A program made the translations under genes and the position numbers. The notes under the pieces are model-generated. The model had not been told where the DNA came from. It worked only from the letters and a program-made list of their open reading frames with translations, and ran no database searches. A stretch of 63,581 bases of DNA, the filler included. It is 5 parts of 5 records of this genome, joined end to end, with 100 filler letters (N's around TTAATTAATTAA, not from the genome) between each part and the next. Parts side by side here need not be neighbours in the genome. Positions count along the whole stretch, not along the records: positions 38,443 to 45,348 come from SRR20825010_34; positions 45,449 to 53,855 come from SRR20825010_35; 3 more parts are not named here. The stretch is one strand, 5' to 3'. Shown one piece after another: positions 38,976 to 49,885 of the stretch; within the stretch, counting starts at the first letter, position 1; the number at the start of each line of letters is the position of its first letter.

Positions 38976-39595
38976 ACACCACCCCCGCCCAACATTTCAA
39001 ACACCTCGATCACACTGCGTGCGGTGTCTGCCAACCGTTGATTGCGTTCCATGGCCAGCTTGCGCATGGCGTGGTAGGCCTCGTCTTCGTTGAAATTGCG
39101 GTGCTTCATCAGCAAACCTTTTGCCTTGTCGATCAACTTGCGATCGGCCAGTTGATCCCGGGTTTTCTGAAGTTCATTTTTCAGGGCCTGAAATTCCCGA
39201 AACCGCGCCACCGCCACTTGAACAATGGGGCGCACCCGCTCGGGGTTCATGCCATCGGCCACATACGCGCTCACCCCCGCCCGGATTGCACTGGCAATCG
39301 TGTCCTCATTGTCTTCATCAGAAAACATGATGACGGGCTTTGGGTTGCTGCGCGACAGCACCGCCATGTTTTCCAGACAATCGCGATCGGGTGAATCAAT
39401 GTCAACGATCACAATGTCGGGCTGCGACACAGCCACGTGCTCGGCCAGCCGGTCCGCGGAACTTAAGCGCGACACCAGCACATACCCGGCATCAAGCAAG
39501 GCGCGTTCCAGGATCGCAGCGCGCCCCGGTTCTTCGTCAACCAGAAGTACTTTTAGTGCGGGCGTATTGGCTTTGCCTGGCTTGGTATTTGACAT
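38972..39595 (-). CDS. nasT: ANTAR response regulator (NasT-like)
   Basis: REC domain plus RKLIDKAKGLLM...EDEAYHAMRKLAM. Confidence 0.85.
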   Translation of the reverse strand: MSNTKPGKANTPALKVLLVDEEPGRAAILERALLDAGYVLVSRLSSADRLAEHVAVSQPDIVIVDIDSPDRDCLENMAVLSRSNPKPVIMFSDEDNEDTIASAIRAGVSAYVADGMNPERVRPIVQVAVARFREFQALKNELQKTRDQLADRKLIDKAKGLLMKHRNFNEDEAYHAMRKLAMERNQRLADTARSVIEVFEMLGGGGV

Positions 39596-39612
39596 GGGTG
39601 CGGTACAAATCC

Positions 39613-40248
39613 TTAAGGAGCAAGACGGGATATTGTCCATGAATCGCCCTGCCGCGTGTAGGCCAACCGATCATGAAGGCGCGAAGGCCGCCCCTGCCAG
39701 AATTCAAAAAAATCGGGCACCAAACGGTAACCGCCCCAAAATGGTGGCCGGGTTTGCGGGTCGCCCTGCTGTTCGGCCTGGGCCTGTTGCACCTTGGCCT
39801 CCAATACTTGCCGCGACTCAATCACCTGGCTTTGCGGTGAAGCCCATGCCCCCAGGCGGCTGCCTGCGGGGCGGGACAAGTAATATGCATCCGATTCCTC
39901 GGCGCTGCACTTTTCAACCCGCCCTTCAATACGTACCTGGCGTTCAAGTTCAGTCCAGTGGAACAAAATGGCTGCATGTGGATTGTCCGCCAGTTCCTGC
40001 CCCTTGCGGCTTTCATAATTGGTGAAAAACGTAAACCCCCGGTCGTCCAGCCCCTTGATCAGCACAATGCGTGCAGACGGCCTGCCCTGGGCATTCACGG
40101 TGGCCAGGGTCATTGCGTTGGGTTCTGGCAGTTTTGCATGCAGGGCTTGGTTAAACCACTGCCTGAAAAAATCGAAGGGATTGGCCAAGGCATCGGCCTC
40201 ATCCAAGGTGGCTTGTGTGTAATCTTTACGCAGGTCTGCAATCGACAT
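39613..40248 (-). CDS. pdxH: Pyridoxine/pyridoxamine 5'-phosphate oxidase
   Basis: [26 protein letters not shown] and [13 protein letters not shown] motifs; start MSIADL at 40248. Confidence 0.96.
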   Translation of the reverse strand: MSIADLRKDYTQATLDEADALANPFDFFRQWFNQALHAKLPEPNAMTLATVNAQGRPSARIVLIKGLDDRGFTFFTNYESRKGQELADNPHAAILFHWTELERQVRIEGRVEKCSAEESDAYYLSRPAGSRLGAWASPQSQVIESRQVLEAKVQQAQAEQQGDPQTRPPFWGGYRLVPDFFEFWQGRPSRLHDRLAYTRQGDSWTISRLAP

Positions 40249-40316
40249 AAAACGAAAACTCCCGGGTGCTGCCAAAGGTATGATGACCTTTATTTTCACA
40301 CGTCGCCAGCACCAGA

Positions 40317-41216
40317 ATGAAGAACAATGCCGATCTGATTGATGAATTCTGCACCACTTTGTGGCTTGAAGAAGGATTGGCCAAAGCCACACTACAGGCC
40401 TACCGCAGCGACCTTCAACAACTGGCAAACTGGCTGGAAGAACAATTTTCTGAAAACCTGCTGCAAACCAACAGCGAACACATCCGCAACCACGTACACA
40501 ATTTGCTGGAATTGAAACCCAGCAGCCTGAATAGAAAAACAAGCAGCTACAAACGGTTTTACCTGTGGCTAAACACCACCAAACAACGTGAAGACAACCC
40601 CTGCGCGCAACTACAAAGCGCCAAACAAGGCTTGCGAATACCCAAAACCCTGAGCGAACAGCAAATGCTGAACCTGCTTGCTGCGCCCAATGTAGGCAAT
40701 GCCGCGGGCCAACGCGACAAAGCCATGCTTGAATTCATGTATGCCAGCGGCCTGCGTGTCAGTGAACTGGTCAACATGCCATTGCGGGCCGTTGACCTGA
40801 ATGCCGGGGCAGTGAAGGTACTGGGAAAAGGCAACAAGGAAAGGCTGGTACCCATGGGCGAACCCGCAAGGCTGGCGATTGCGCTTTACCTGCAACAGGC
40901 ACGCGGCGAACTACTGAAAGCAAAAACCAGTGATTATTTATTCGTAACCCACTTTGGCAAACCAATGACCCGGCAAGGCTTCTGGAAAAACATCAAACGA
41001 CTTGCCCTGATTGCAGGAATTAATTCCCCCATCAGCCCACATGTGTTGCGCCACGCATTTGCAAGCCACTTGATCAACCACGGTGCCGATTTGCGCGTTG
41101 TACAGCTGCTGCTCGGCCATGCCGACATTGGCACCACCCAGATTTACACCCACGTGGCCAAAGAACACCTGCACAGCCTGCTCAACCAAAGCCATCCACG
41201 GTCAAAAAGTCGATAA
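40317..41216 (+). CDS. xerD: Tyrosine recombinase XerD
   Basis: [28 protein letters not shown] and [16 protein letters not shown] motifs. Confidence 0.93.
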   Translation: MKNNADLIDEFCTTLWLEEGLAKATLQAYRSDLQQLANWLEEQFSENLLQTNSEHIRNHVHNLLELKPSSLNRKTSSYKRFYLWLNTTKQREDNPCAQLQSAKQGLRIPKTLSEQQMLNLLAAPNVGNAAGQRDKAMLEFMYASGLRVSELVNMPLRAVDLNAGAVKVLGKGNKERLVPMGEPARLAIALYLQQARGELLKAKTSDYLFVTHFGKPMTRQGFWKNIKRLALIAGINSPISPHVLRHAFASHLINHGADLRVVQLLLGHADIGTTQIYTHVAKEHLHSLLNQSHPRSKSR

Positions 41217-41251
41217 AATCGACGCCAAAGCTAAACAACAAGGAGACACCT

Positions 41252-41863
41252 TTGCTTAATTTTGCTGCTGGCCTGTTGGTCGCCTACCTGATCGGCTCTA
41301 TTTCCTTTGCCGTGGTGGTGTCCAAATTCGTGGGGCTTGCTGACCCCCGCACCTATGGTTCCAAAAACCCCGGTGCCACCAACGTGCTGCGAAGCGGCAA
41401 CAAAAAAGCGGCAATACTTACCCTGCTGGGCGATGCACTGAAAGGCACCCTGGCCGTGGCACTGGCCTTTCATTTTCAAGACCAGTTGGGCTACACCCGC
41501 AGCGACATTGCCTGGATCGGCCTGGCCGCTTTTGTTGGGCATCTGTACCCCATCTTTTTCAGGTTTGAAGGCGGCAAAGGCGTTGCCACCGCACTGGGCG
41601 TGCTGCTGGGCCTGAACCTGGTTCTTGGCCTGGCCACTGCTGTAACGTGGATTGTGATTGCCTACTTTTTCCGCTACTCATCGCTAGCCGCGCTAATTGC
41701 CAGCTTGTTCGCTGCGTTCTACAACGTATTGCTGTTTGGCGTGAACGGCCAAGCCGCAGCCATTGCCATTATGTCTGCATTGCTTGTTTACCGGCACAAA
41801 CAGAATATTGCAAACCTGATCGAAGGCAAGGAAAGCAAAATTGGTGAAAGCAAAAAAAAGTGA
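41252..41863 (+). CDS. plsY: Glycerol-3-phosphate acyltransferase
   Basis: GSKNPGATN, GGKGVAT and RHKQNI motifs. Confidence 0.95.
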   Translation: MLNFAAGLLVAYLIGSISFAVVVSKFVGLADPRTYGSKNPGATNVLRSGNKKAAILTLLGDALKGTLAVALAFHFQDQLGYTRSDIAWIGLAAFVGHLYPIFFRFEGGKGVATALGVLLGLNLVLGLATAVTWIVIAYFFRYSSLAALIASLFAAFYNVLLFGVNGQAAAIAIMSALLVYRHKQNIANLIEGKESKIGESKKK

Positions 41864-41918
41864 ACTTTACATCGAATAGAGTGTACTCAAATAGATAGCC
41901 ACCCTATCGGAGAGTGCC

Positions 41919-44879
41919 ATGCCAACGAATAACGTGACGGATACAGACCACGTACGAGCTCATCACGAGCCTGGCACGACGGCCAGCTTATGTTCAGCTT
42001 TTAAACAGATTGGTAAAGACTTGGGAATAATGCTTTCTAATGCATTCAGGCTTAACCGACACAACCAAGCCGAAACCCCACGAAATACGCCTACCCCAGC
42101 CGCTGGAGGCCCTGCACCCAATAATGCCGCTGCCGCTGCACCCAATGCCGCTGCACCCAATGCTGCCGGTGCCGCTGCTGCCCCCCCGCCAACGAACAAC
42201 TTTGATTCGAAAGCCTGGCTGAAAGACCAATGCTCGCAGATCAGCGAAGCGCTGGACAAAAAAACACCAGCAGGGCGAAATAAACGGGATTTCCAGCTCA
42301 ACGAGCTTTACAAAGCAGCCCAAACACTCCGCCTGTCACTTGTCGACCAACGAAATGACATCACCAACAGCCTGCCACCAGACTTTCGGGCTGACTTTGA
42401 TGCCAATGTGGCAATCATTGCAAATTACTTCGACAGCCCGGATAAAAGCAGATGCATGTCCCAACATGAACTTCGTTTTTTTAAAACTTATATCCACTTC
42501 CTGAAAACCTGTGTTGCAGGTACAGATGCCGAACTAAACAAAAGCCTGGAAAAAATAAGTAAATCATTGTCCGACGTGTTAGCCCCCCTGACGACCGCCA
42601 TTGACGAAGCCGAAGCCGAAGTGAAAACGGCAAACGACACGGCAACAAATTTAGAAACAGAAGCAATGGCAGCCAGAGCTGCCGCAACTGCTGCAGAAGC
42701 CACTTTCCAAGCCAAGTCTGCGGCACAAAGAGAGCGACCAAAAGCCATCAACACCAGGGACACCGCAATCCGCAGGGCTACAAATGCAGAACGGGAAGCC
42801 ACCACTGCACGAACCACAGCGAATAACACCACAGAAGAACATCAGGATTTGCTTGCGTCACCTGAAGGAAAAACAGTTCAACGATTCGAACAGTCGTTGG
42901 AAGCGATAAATAACGACCTGACCACGTTACAGCAGCATGTGCGCGACCTACAAGCAAATAACGAACCGCAATCTAGCATAGATGCCGTAAATACAAGGAT
43001 TAGAGAAAAACGACAGTTGCACGCAGAGGCTACAGGGCGTCTGAACTACGCCGAGACTAAGATGCAAGATCGTCTGGAAACGACTGCGGCAATAAAAACT
43101 GCAACAATAGACCTGGTTTCCACAACGCAGACCTTGGAAATCAAGTCGCTCCAACGGGGCGGGGACGTAGGGAACTTCGGTAATCAGGTTATTAAACACG
43201 CAAAGCAACAACTTCAAGAGGTAGTCGGCCTGGCCCGCGCAGATAAAAACCATAGCTCAAAGTGGCTGAAATTTGCAGAAACGTTCAACGACGCGGTTGC
43301 GAGCATTGAAATGCGGGGGACGGATGCAATTGCACTGCCCGAAGGGTTCCGTGCCGAACCTACCCCTCAAAACGAGTCGGCGAGCCTTAAACACGGCGGA
43401 CAAACCATCTATGAACTGGCACGTGACATAGTGGACAACAACCTACCAAATACAGACATCAACCTCAATGACAAAAAACTGGCATTAATAATATTAGGGG
43501 CATACTGCACTGAACAGTCGGTTCGCAATACCCGTTCATGGCCGAAGATTGCATATGAAAAGGCTTTCTACCTGCTGGAATCGTCAGCCATTTTATTGGC
43601 TGCTTCACAGAGCCTTAAAAATCCTGGAACTGAAATTTCAGCAGTAAGAATTGCGCTTTGCGATGTTGTCGAGAAAATTAAAACGATTCAAAAAGCCAAA
43701 CAGACCGAACTGAGCAATCTGAACAAACTGAGCGAAACGCTCAAATCACTGCCAGACAACACCACCATTGATGATGTAAAAACTGCATTCGAACGTGGGA
43801 TCAACCTGACGGCGACAGAAAATATGGCTGGCCGCAGATCCGGTTTGGCCAAGCTATTTGAGCTGGCGCATACCAACCGCACTTTCGAAAATGACATGGT
43901 TCCGATGCCGGGCGCCAGTCGTCAAGCCGTGTATAAAAAGTCAATGCTACGCGCAGTGGAGATTCTTGGACCTCTTCCTGATGACGAAGCAGCCCCCAAA
44001 GACACCCGTATGTCGAGGGTGGGATCCCTCATATCGAAAAATCTGATTCCACTGGAAAACGATCACATTAAAAACCTGATAGGGTTGGGTGATGACGCAA
44101 GGCTGAATGCTGACTCTGAATTACTTGACCAGCTGGTGATCGCCAGCATAGCCCACAACGACCTGACAACAGAAGAAAATGCTGTATCGCGTGGTTCGCT
44201 ACGAGACCGGGCAAAAAATTATGAAAGAAACACAACGATCGAGTCACTGAAGAACCACGACCTCACGGGATTCAGCGCACTGAGTAATACGATGATCAAG
44301 GTAGCAATGGGTATTCGCGAGGCAGCGGGCAACCGGGTTGACGAAATGATCACCCGCTTAGAAAACAACAATCCGCCTGTAACCGGGCAAGAGATTCAGC
44401 AACTGGTCAAATACATCATCGTAACAACAGATCTAAAAGCTGCAAACCACGAGAATTTTAATCTCAAACAACTGCTTGATTCTGCTGACCAGCTTATTCA
44501 GTCGAATTCGAAAGAAAACCGGGACGCATTTCATGGCGTGCTGACAAACGTTAAAACTGCCTGGAGAGACACTAATACTGAAGAGAATCCAATCGGTTAT
44601 TCATCTTGGTTATTGAAAGACCAGCGATCAAACCTTGACAAAACCCTGAAAGCAAACCCGATTAAATCTGTCCCGTTCTTAAACAAGACCCCCGTCGTGT
44701 CTCGACTAACCGCAGTGACTTCAAACATTGCGAAATATTTGGTCATTGGCTCAGCAGGTGCAGCCGGTGGCGCGGTCATAGCCGGTGCCGGAATTGCAGC
44801 GGTAGCAGGTGTTATCGGTGGCGCTGTGGTGGCGGCTCCCGTTGTCGGAGCATACCAAGCGATGAAAAGAGCCAGGTAA
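41919..44879 (+). CDS. Orphan 986-aa helical protein with effector-like architecture
   Basis: Pro/Ala/Asn low-complexity N-terminus, coiled coil and a C-terminal Gly/Ala hydrophobic segment. Confidence 0.75.
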   Translation: MPTNNVTDTDHVRAHHEPGTTASLCSAFKQIGKDLGIMLSNAFRLNRHNQAETPRNTPTPAAGGPAPNNAAAAAPNAAAPNAAGAAAAPPPTNNFDSKAWLKDQCSQISEALDKKTPAGRNKRDFQLNELYKAAQTLRLSLVDQRNDITNSLPPDFRADFDANVAIIANYFDSPDKSRCMSQHELRFFKTYIHFLKTCVAGTDAELNKSLEKISKSLSDVLAPLTTAIDEAEAEVKTANDTATNLETEAMAARAAATAAEATFQAKSAAQRERPKAINTRDTAIRRATNAEREATTARTTANNTTEEHQDLLASPEGKTVQRFEQSLEAINNDLTTLQQHVRDLQANNEPQSSIDAVNTRIREKRQLHAEATGRLNYAETKMQDRLETTAAIKTATIDLVSTTQTLEIKSLQRGGDVGNFGNQVIKHAKQQLQEVVGLARADKNHSSKWLKFAETFNDAVASIEMRGTDAIALPEGFRAEPTPQNESASLKHGGQTIYELARDIVDNNLPNTDINLNDKKLALIILGAYCTEQSVRNTRSWPKIAYEKAFYLLESSAILLAASQSLKNPGTEISAVRIALCDVVEKIKTIQKAKQTELSNLNKLSETLKSLPDNTTIDDVKTAFERGINLTATENMAGRRSGLAKLFELAHTNRTFENDMVPMPGASRQAVYKKSMLRAVEILGPLPDDEAAPKDTRMSRVGSLISKNLIPLENDHIKNLIGLGDDARLNADSELLDQLVIASIAHNDLTTEENAVSRGSLRDRAKNYERNTTIESLKNHDLTGFSALSNTMIKVAMGIREAAGNRVDEMITRLENNNPPVTGQEIQQLVKYIIVTTDLKAANHENFNLKQLLDSADQLIQSNSKENRDAFHGVLTNVKTAWRDTNTEENPIGYSSWLLKDQRSNLDKTLKANPIKSVPFLNKTPVVSRLTAVTSNIAKYLVIGSAGAAGGAVIAGAGIAAVAGVIGGAVVAAPVVGAYQAMKRAR

Positions 44880-44908
44880 CCCGCCTCTTGCCATCTTGGT
44901 TATTCCAA

Positions 44909-44950
44909 AAAAGAAACCCCAAACCTAATCGGTTATTGGGGTTTCTTTTA
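44909..44950. terminator. Bidirectional terminator
   Basis: AAAAGAAACCCCAA...TTGGGGTTTCTTTT between convergent genes. Confidence 0.8.
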
Positions 44951-45348
44951 TTGTTTCCTTGTGTCGTAAAACTGCGCCATCGCCAGCGCAGTATGCCCAG
45001 CCTTTTTTCCCTTCGCCTTGGCAATTTCTTGCGGGCTACCCTGCGCCACCAATTGGCCACCGCCAATGCCCGCCTCAGGGCCCATGTCGATTACCCAGTC
45101 GGCCTGGGCAATCAAATCCAGGTCGTGTTCAATTACCACCACGGTGTGCCCGGCATCCACCAACCTGTGCAGCACGGCAATCAGTTTTTCCACGTCGTTC
45201 ATGTGCAGGCCCACGGTGGGTTCGTCCAGCACATACAAAGTGGGCGGGCTCATTTGCACGCCGGCTTTGTTTTCTCGTACCTTTACAAGTTCAGTCACCA
45301 ACTTGATCCGTTGTGCTTCACCACCACTCAGGGTGGGGCTGGGTTGGC
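44948..45348 (-). CDS. uvrA: UvrA-family excinuclease ATPase, C-terminal fragment
   Basis: [31 protein letters not shown] and [11 protein letters not shown] motifs. Confidence 0.9.
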
Positions 45349-45448
45349 NNNNNNNNNNNNNNNNNNNNNNNNNNNNNNNNNNNNNNNNNNNNTTAATTAA
45401 TTAANNNNNNNNNNNNNNNNNNNNNNNNNNNNNNNNNNNNNNNNNNNN
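45349..45448. other. Artificial contig linker
   Basis: N-run + TTAATTAATTAA + N-run. Confidence 0.99.
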
Positions 45449-45502
45449 AGTATGTGGACAGAGCCATCGTTCAATCAACTATTTCACATTTAAACCCTGG
45501 AC

Positions 45503-46117
45503 GTGGAAGAAAAAGCCTTTGATCCGAACATGTTTGAAGAAGAGATACTTGCCTTGGAGCAGAAAATCATCGAATGGCAAGCCAAAGAGGACTTAATTAT
45601 ATTTTATGGTAGTTCTTCGTTTCGGCTTTGGAACGATCTCGCCGTGGATTTATCGCCGCTAAATGTAATCAATCTTGGTTTTGGTGGCTCTTCATTTGGC
45701 TGGTGTGTGCATTATTATAATCGCCTATTTAAAAAAATCAACCCTCCAAAACACATCGTCTTATACGGAGGTGATAACGATCTGGACAATGGGCTTTCGC
45801 CGGAAATGGTAATGAAAAGATTCAGAAAACTGGTTTCTATGATGCGTGAAGACTTTCCGATCACTCCCATTTCAGTTCTTACCATCAAACCAAGTCCATG
45901 CAGAAATCATTTGCAACCACAAATTCGACTTACTAACAGTCTAATACGAAAAGACATGATCGGACTGCCCAAAGCCTACCAGGTGAACACCTTCGACGCG
46001 ATGCTGGATGCAAACGGCTTTGCCCGCCCGGAGCTTTATCTGGAAGATGAGCTACACATGAATAGAAACGGGTATGAAATATGGAAAGGGGTGATCAGAA
46101 AGCATTTTGGCATATAG
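45503..46117 (+). CDS. SGNH/GDSL hydrolase (start uncertain)
   Basis: FYGSSS, NLGFGGS, YGGDND and DELH motifs. Confidence 0.9.
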   Translation: MEEKAFDPNMFEEEILALEQKIIEWQAKEDLIIFYGSSSFRLWNDLAVDLSPLNVINLGFGGSSFGWCVHYYNRLFKKINPPKHIVLYGGDNDLDNGLSPEMVMKRFRKLVSMMREDFPITPISVLTIKPSPCRNHLQPQIRLTNSLIRKDMIGLPKAYQVNTFDAMLDANGFARPELYLEDELHMNRNGYEIWKGVIRKHFGI

Positions 46118-46122
46118 CCGTA

Positions 46123-46839
46123 TTATTCTTCAAACGATCGCTTCAGTTGCAAATATCTACTTTTTCGAATGTCATCATTCAATTTTTCAGAAACTTCAAT
46201 AAGATCCGTTACACATTCCTGGCAATCGTTGTTTCCGCGCAAAGCCAGTTCAAGATAGCGTAGTGCCGCACGGTAATTGGCTGTGCCCCGGTCTGTTCCC
46301 TGCTGAGTGTATAAATCTCCAAATTCCAAATAGAGTTCTCCCATTATCTGATTTAATTGCGGGTTCGTACGGATTGTTTGCGCAGCATTCAAATGATTCA
46401 GAGCGCGGGTTAATAGATTCCCTTTAGTGGTTAGGTTTTCTGTCCTGCCAGCATTTTTTATGGCATCCCCAGCCTGGCTCAGCAAACCATCGTAAAGCTC
46501 ACCAATCTCCTTTTCAGATCGATCCACCCATGTTGCGATCCCGAATGACTGAGCTATTCTGAAATCATTAAACGAATTCATATACGGTACACCAGCGATC
46601 AAATCTGAGCTTGAGTTCGCAAGTAATAAACGTTTCATGGCAATGCCCCGGTAAAAATATGCTTTGGATTTTTCATCGCTAGACAACATGCTTTCGCTTT
46701 CCAAAGCAGTATTTATATCCTGAATGGTGCGCTCATAAGCCCCTCCTGAAAATGCAATTATGGCACTTGAAATGTACCTTTGCTGAGCGGAGGAAAAAAA
46801 AGTCACCAGTAGTAAAAAAATGAAAATATTTCCCTTCAT
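46123..46839 (-). CDS. Secreted TPR-like protein
   Basis: Signal peptide; KAYFYRG and helical repeats. Confidence 0.7.
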   Translation of the reverse strand: MKGNIFIFLLLVTFFSSAQQRYISSAIIAFSGGAYERTIQDINTALESESMLSSDEKSKAYFYRGIAMKRLLLANSSSDLIAGVPYMNSFNDFRIAQSFGIATWVDRSEKEIGELYDGLLSQAGDAIKNAGRTENLTTKGNLLTRALNHLNAAQTIRTNPQLNQIMGELYLEFGDLYTQQGTDRGTANYRAALRYLELALRGNNDCQECVTDLIEVSEKLNDDIRKSRYLQLKRSFEE

Positions 46840-46891
46840 TATCGCATGATTCGATAGTAAAACTACAACCTAAACATGCAATATTAGAATA

Positions 46892-48526
46892 ATGGCAGAA
46901 AAAGAACCTATACAACTCCCTCCAAAGTATTATTTGGATTACTTCAGATTCCTCCTGGAATTTGTTGGGGAAAAATCAGGTCACCTCCTTGGCTCCATCG
47001 GAACCGACTTTATAAGTCAATACAAGCAACTCAGCGAAAACGCACAATGCCTGGCCATCCGAATGGCCAATCGAAAAGGAGAATATTACCGCCTGACTAA
47101 GTTCAACTATGAGGAAATCGAAAACATTGGAGCTGCTACCGAAGAACTGGTAGAATCCAATTTTGTATCACTCGACCCTCCCAACGACCCGCTGCTTTTC
47201 CGGCTTTTTACCAAAACAGAGCTGATGCATCTCTTTCCCGATAGGATTATGAAGCATCACAAAAAAGAGGATATCTTGTTTGAGTTCAGCGAAAATTCTG
47301 TACCAGATGATTACACAGTGCTATGTGCCTCCGAACCTATTTTGCATTTTCTCCGTCAGGAGGAAATTGAGTTTATCAAGCTTCTTTTTTTCGGCCACAC
47401 ACATGGAATGATGACGGAATTTGTCATTCGAGACATAGGCAATATTAAATTGGAAAACCTGGATGGACATGCCTTCACCCCATGGTTCGATAGTCACGAG
47501 GAAGCTATGGCCGTATTCAAACTTTCGCGCATAGGGCGAGCCATTCGAGAACTGATGCACGCGGGTCTTCCGGAAGAGCTGATGGAGATTTTGGCTCCTA
47601 TGAATTGGAGCAATCTGATCAATTTTCCAAACGCAAGAAAGTCCGCAGATAAGCTTATGTTAACTCTGGGGGAATATTTTGAGAAAACCGGATACCCTGA
47701 GGAAGCATTGATTTATTATTCTCTGGCCAAAAAACACCCTTGCCGCGAACGACAAGTACGTATTTACCAAAAGACAGATCGCATCGAAGATGCACAGGAT
47801 CTGGCTCGTTTTGTTTTGGACAATCCCTACAATGCATCTGAACGGATTTTTGCGAAGGATTTTCTAGCCAAAACAGGTGCAAGAACCTTGCGAAGCACCA
47901 CTACCCGAATAAAACTCAGTAATGAGATTTTTGTGGAAAATATTTCTATCAAAAGAGTGGAAGAAAAAGCACTCGACCATTTCAGGAACCTGGGCTATGA
48001 GGGAGTTCACACGGAAAATTACTTATGGAGAAATCTTTTCGGTCTATTATTTTGGGATGAACTTTTTGATGCTGCACAGGCTGTGTTTCACCATCCGCTA
48101 CAGCGTGCCCCATCAGATCTATATTCGCTTGATTTTTATGAGCTCAGAAAAAATACCTTAGGTAAAAAACTCGAATCCTGTAAAACAAAAAAACAGCTTC
48201 TGAAACAACTCACAGAAACGTACTCAAAAAAAGAAAACATCAACAATCCGCTGGTAGGATGGCATGAGTCCTCACTACTGACGCTCGAGGTTTGCGTAAC
48301 CCTGCTCCCACTCAAAGGTCTGAAAAAGGTTATGTTAGAAATAGCAAAAAACGTAAAAGACAACAGCACAGGCTTCCCAGATTTATTTATCTGGAATGGA
48401 AAGGAGTACCATTTTTATGAAATCAAATCCCCCAACGATCACCTCTCTTCACAACAACTCTTTTGGCTCGACTTTTTTGAAACGCACAAAATCAAATCTG
48501 ACATCCTTCGTGTGAATTATCTCTAA
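46892..48526 (+). CDS. VRR-NUC (FAN1-like) nuclease
   Basis: YYLDYF, VEEKAL...HTEN and GFPDL...FYEIKSPNDHLSSQQ..W motifs. Confidence 0.92.
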   Translation: MAEKEPIQLPPKYYLDYFRFLLEFVGEKSGHLLGSIGTDFISQYKQLSENAQCLAIRMANRKGEYYRLTKFNYEEIENIGAATEELVESNFVSLDPPNDPLLFRLFTKTELMHLFPDRIMKHHKKEDILFEFSENSVPDDYTVLCASEPILHFLRQEEIEFIKLLFFGHTHGMMTEFVIRDIGNIKLENLDGHAFTPWFDSHEEAMAVFKLSRIGRAIRELMHAGLPEELMEILAPMNWSNLINFPNARKSADKLMLTLGEYFEKTGYPEEALIYYSLAKKHPCRERQVRIYQKTDRIEDAQDLARFVLDNPYNASERIFAKDFLAKTGARTLRSTTTRIKLSNEIFVENISIKRVEEKALDHFRNLGYEGVHTENYLWRNLFGLLFWDELFDAAQAVFHHPLQRAPSDLYSLDFYELRKNTLGKKLESCKTKKQLLKQLTETYSKKENINNPLVGWHESSLLTLEVCVTLLPLKGLKKVMLEIAKNVKDNSTGFPDLFIWNGKEYHFYEIKSPNDHLSSQQLFWLDFFETHKIKSDILRVNYL

Positions 48527-48607
48527 CTGGAATAATTCAGCTTTTTTTCCTCTTGCATCCACCAACCTGTCAAATAATGCTATAAATTATTGACTCAATT
48601 GAATGTT

Positions 48608-49882
48608 ATGAAAATACTAATGCTTGGGTGGGAGCTTCCTCCACATATCTCCGGTGGACTTGGAATCGCCAGTCAGGGGATTGCTGAAGGTTTGGCGAAA
48701 AACGGTAGTGAAATTGATTTTTTCCTACCAAAAAAACGAAAAAAGCACCAAAGCAACGCCTTCAAAATAGTGGATGCCAGTAAAATGAAGCCCGATCTGA
48801 ATCTCTGGAAGAAAAAGACAAGCTATACAGAAGTACTTCGCGAAACGGAAATGGGGATGCGCCTGGTACCCTACCTACCACCCGAAATATTTGAGACCGC
48901 TCGTGAAAAACAGGTGCTCGTAGAGCAACTAGAGGACACAGAAGAATCGGAGCTGATAGAAAAGGTAACCCTCACGGGAAACTATCAGGACAATCTGATC
49001 AATGAGATATCGAAATATGCCTTGCTGGCCACTCAGTTCGCTTCTAAAAAAAACCATGACGTGATCCATGCACATGATTGGGTCACATTCAAAGCGGGAC
49101 GAATGGCTGCCAAGGAGTCGGGACGGCCACTCTACACACATTGCCATAGTACGGAATATGATAGAAATGGATTTCATGCCCAGCCTTTTGTGATTGAAGA
49201 AGAGCGTTTGGGTTTTGAGGCGTCAAAATTCATCTTCTGTGTGAGTTATAAACTCAAATCGACAATCATAGATAAGTATAAAATAAGTCCGGCACGAATC
49301 AAGGTTATCCCGAACGCTACAGATATCACTACCGGAAAAAAATCATTCAACAAAAGCCGCAAAAAGAAAGTGCTGTTTATCGGCCGATTTACAAGTCAAA
49401 AAAGCCCGGGTTCGTTCGTTGACCTTGCTCGCGATTTGGTCAATCGGGGAATTGATTGCCAGTTTTCAATGCTCGGAAGTGGTTACCTGGAAGGCGATTT
49501 AAAACACAAAGTGGAGCAAATGAACCTTACAAAAAGGTTCGAATTTCCCGGCTTTCTTTCCAGAGAAAAAGTATTGGAGCGTCTGGATAACGCTGATTTA
49601 CTAATAACACCGTCATCATCCGAACCTTTTGGTCTGGTGGTCTTGGAAGCCATTATGAAAAAAGTGCCGGTGGCAGTAGCAACAGGAGCAGGAATCGCTG
49701 ACTTTATTCCAAGTTTACCTCAGGCTGATCTTTGGGATAAATACAATTTTGTGAGACTTGCTGAGCGGCTGCTTACTGAAGAGACATTCAGAAACGAAAG
49801 CGTTAAAAATTGCTATAAAGAAGCCTCCGCGCTTAGCTGGGAAAACGCTGGAGCCTTAATTCAAAAATATTATCCTTCCTGA
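48608..49882 (+). CDS. Glycosyltransferase family 4
   Basis: GWELPPHISGGLG, HAHDW and SEPFGLVVLEA motifs. Confidence 0.93.
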   Translation: MKILMLGWELPPHISGGLGIASQGIAEGLAKNGSEIDFFLPKKRKKHQSNAFKIVDASKMKPDLNLWKKKTSYTEVLRETEMGMRLVPYLPPEIFETAREKQVLVEQLEDTEESELIEKVTLTGNYQDNLINEISKYALLATQFASKKNHDVIHAHDWVTFKAGRMAAKESGRPLYTHCHSTEYDRNGFHAQPFVIEEERLGFEASKFIFCVSYKLKSTIIDKYKISPARIKVIPNATDITTGKKSFNKSRKKKVLFIGRFTSQKSPGSFVDLARDLVNRGIDCQFSMLGSGYLEGDLKHKVEQMNLTKRFEFPGFLSREKVLERLDNADLLITPSSSEPFGLVVLEAIMKKVPVAVATGAGIADFIPSLPQADLWDKYNFVRLAERLLTEETFRNESVKNCYKEASALSWENAGALIQKYYPS

Positions 49883-49885
49883 TCC

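Noticed and set aside
39649-39747. Sigma54 GG-N10-GC and NtrC-like GCCCCAAAATGGTGG upstream of nasT
   Set aside because: Both lie inside conserved pdxH codons (PPFWGG, RLAYTRQ), so coding constraint explains them.
40317-41216. xerD as the recombinase for the dif-bounded island
   Set aside because: It lies on a different contig from a different phylum; the co-occurrence is a concatenation artefact.
38465-45404. Many overlapping alternative-frame ORFs in contig 3 (likewise 55.6-63.5 kb)
   Set aside because: GC-rich shadow ORFs overlapping well-supported genes.
46892-48526. VRR-NUC nuclease as a defence or prophage gene
   Set aside because: It has full-length FAN1-like repair architecture in a housekeeping neighbourhood.
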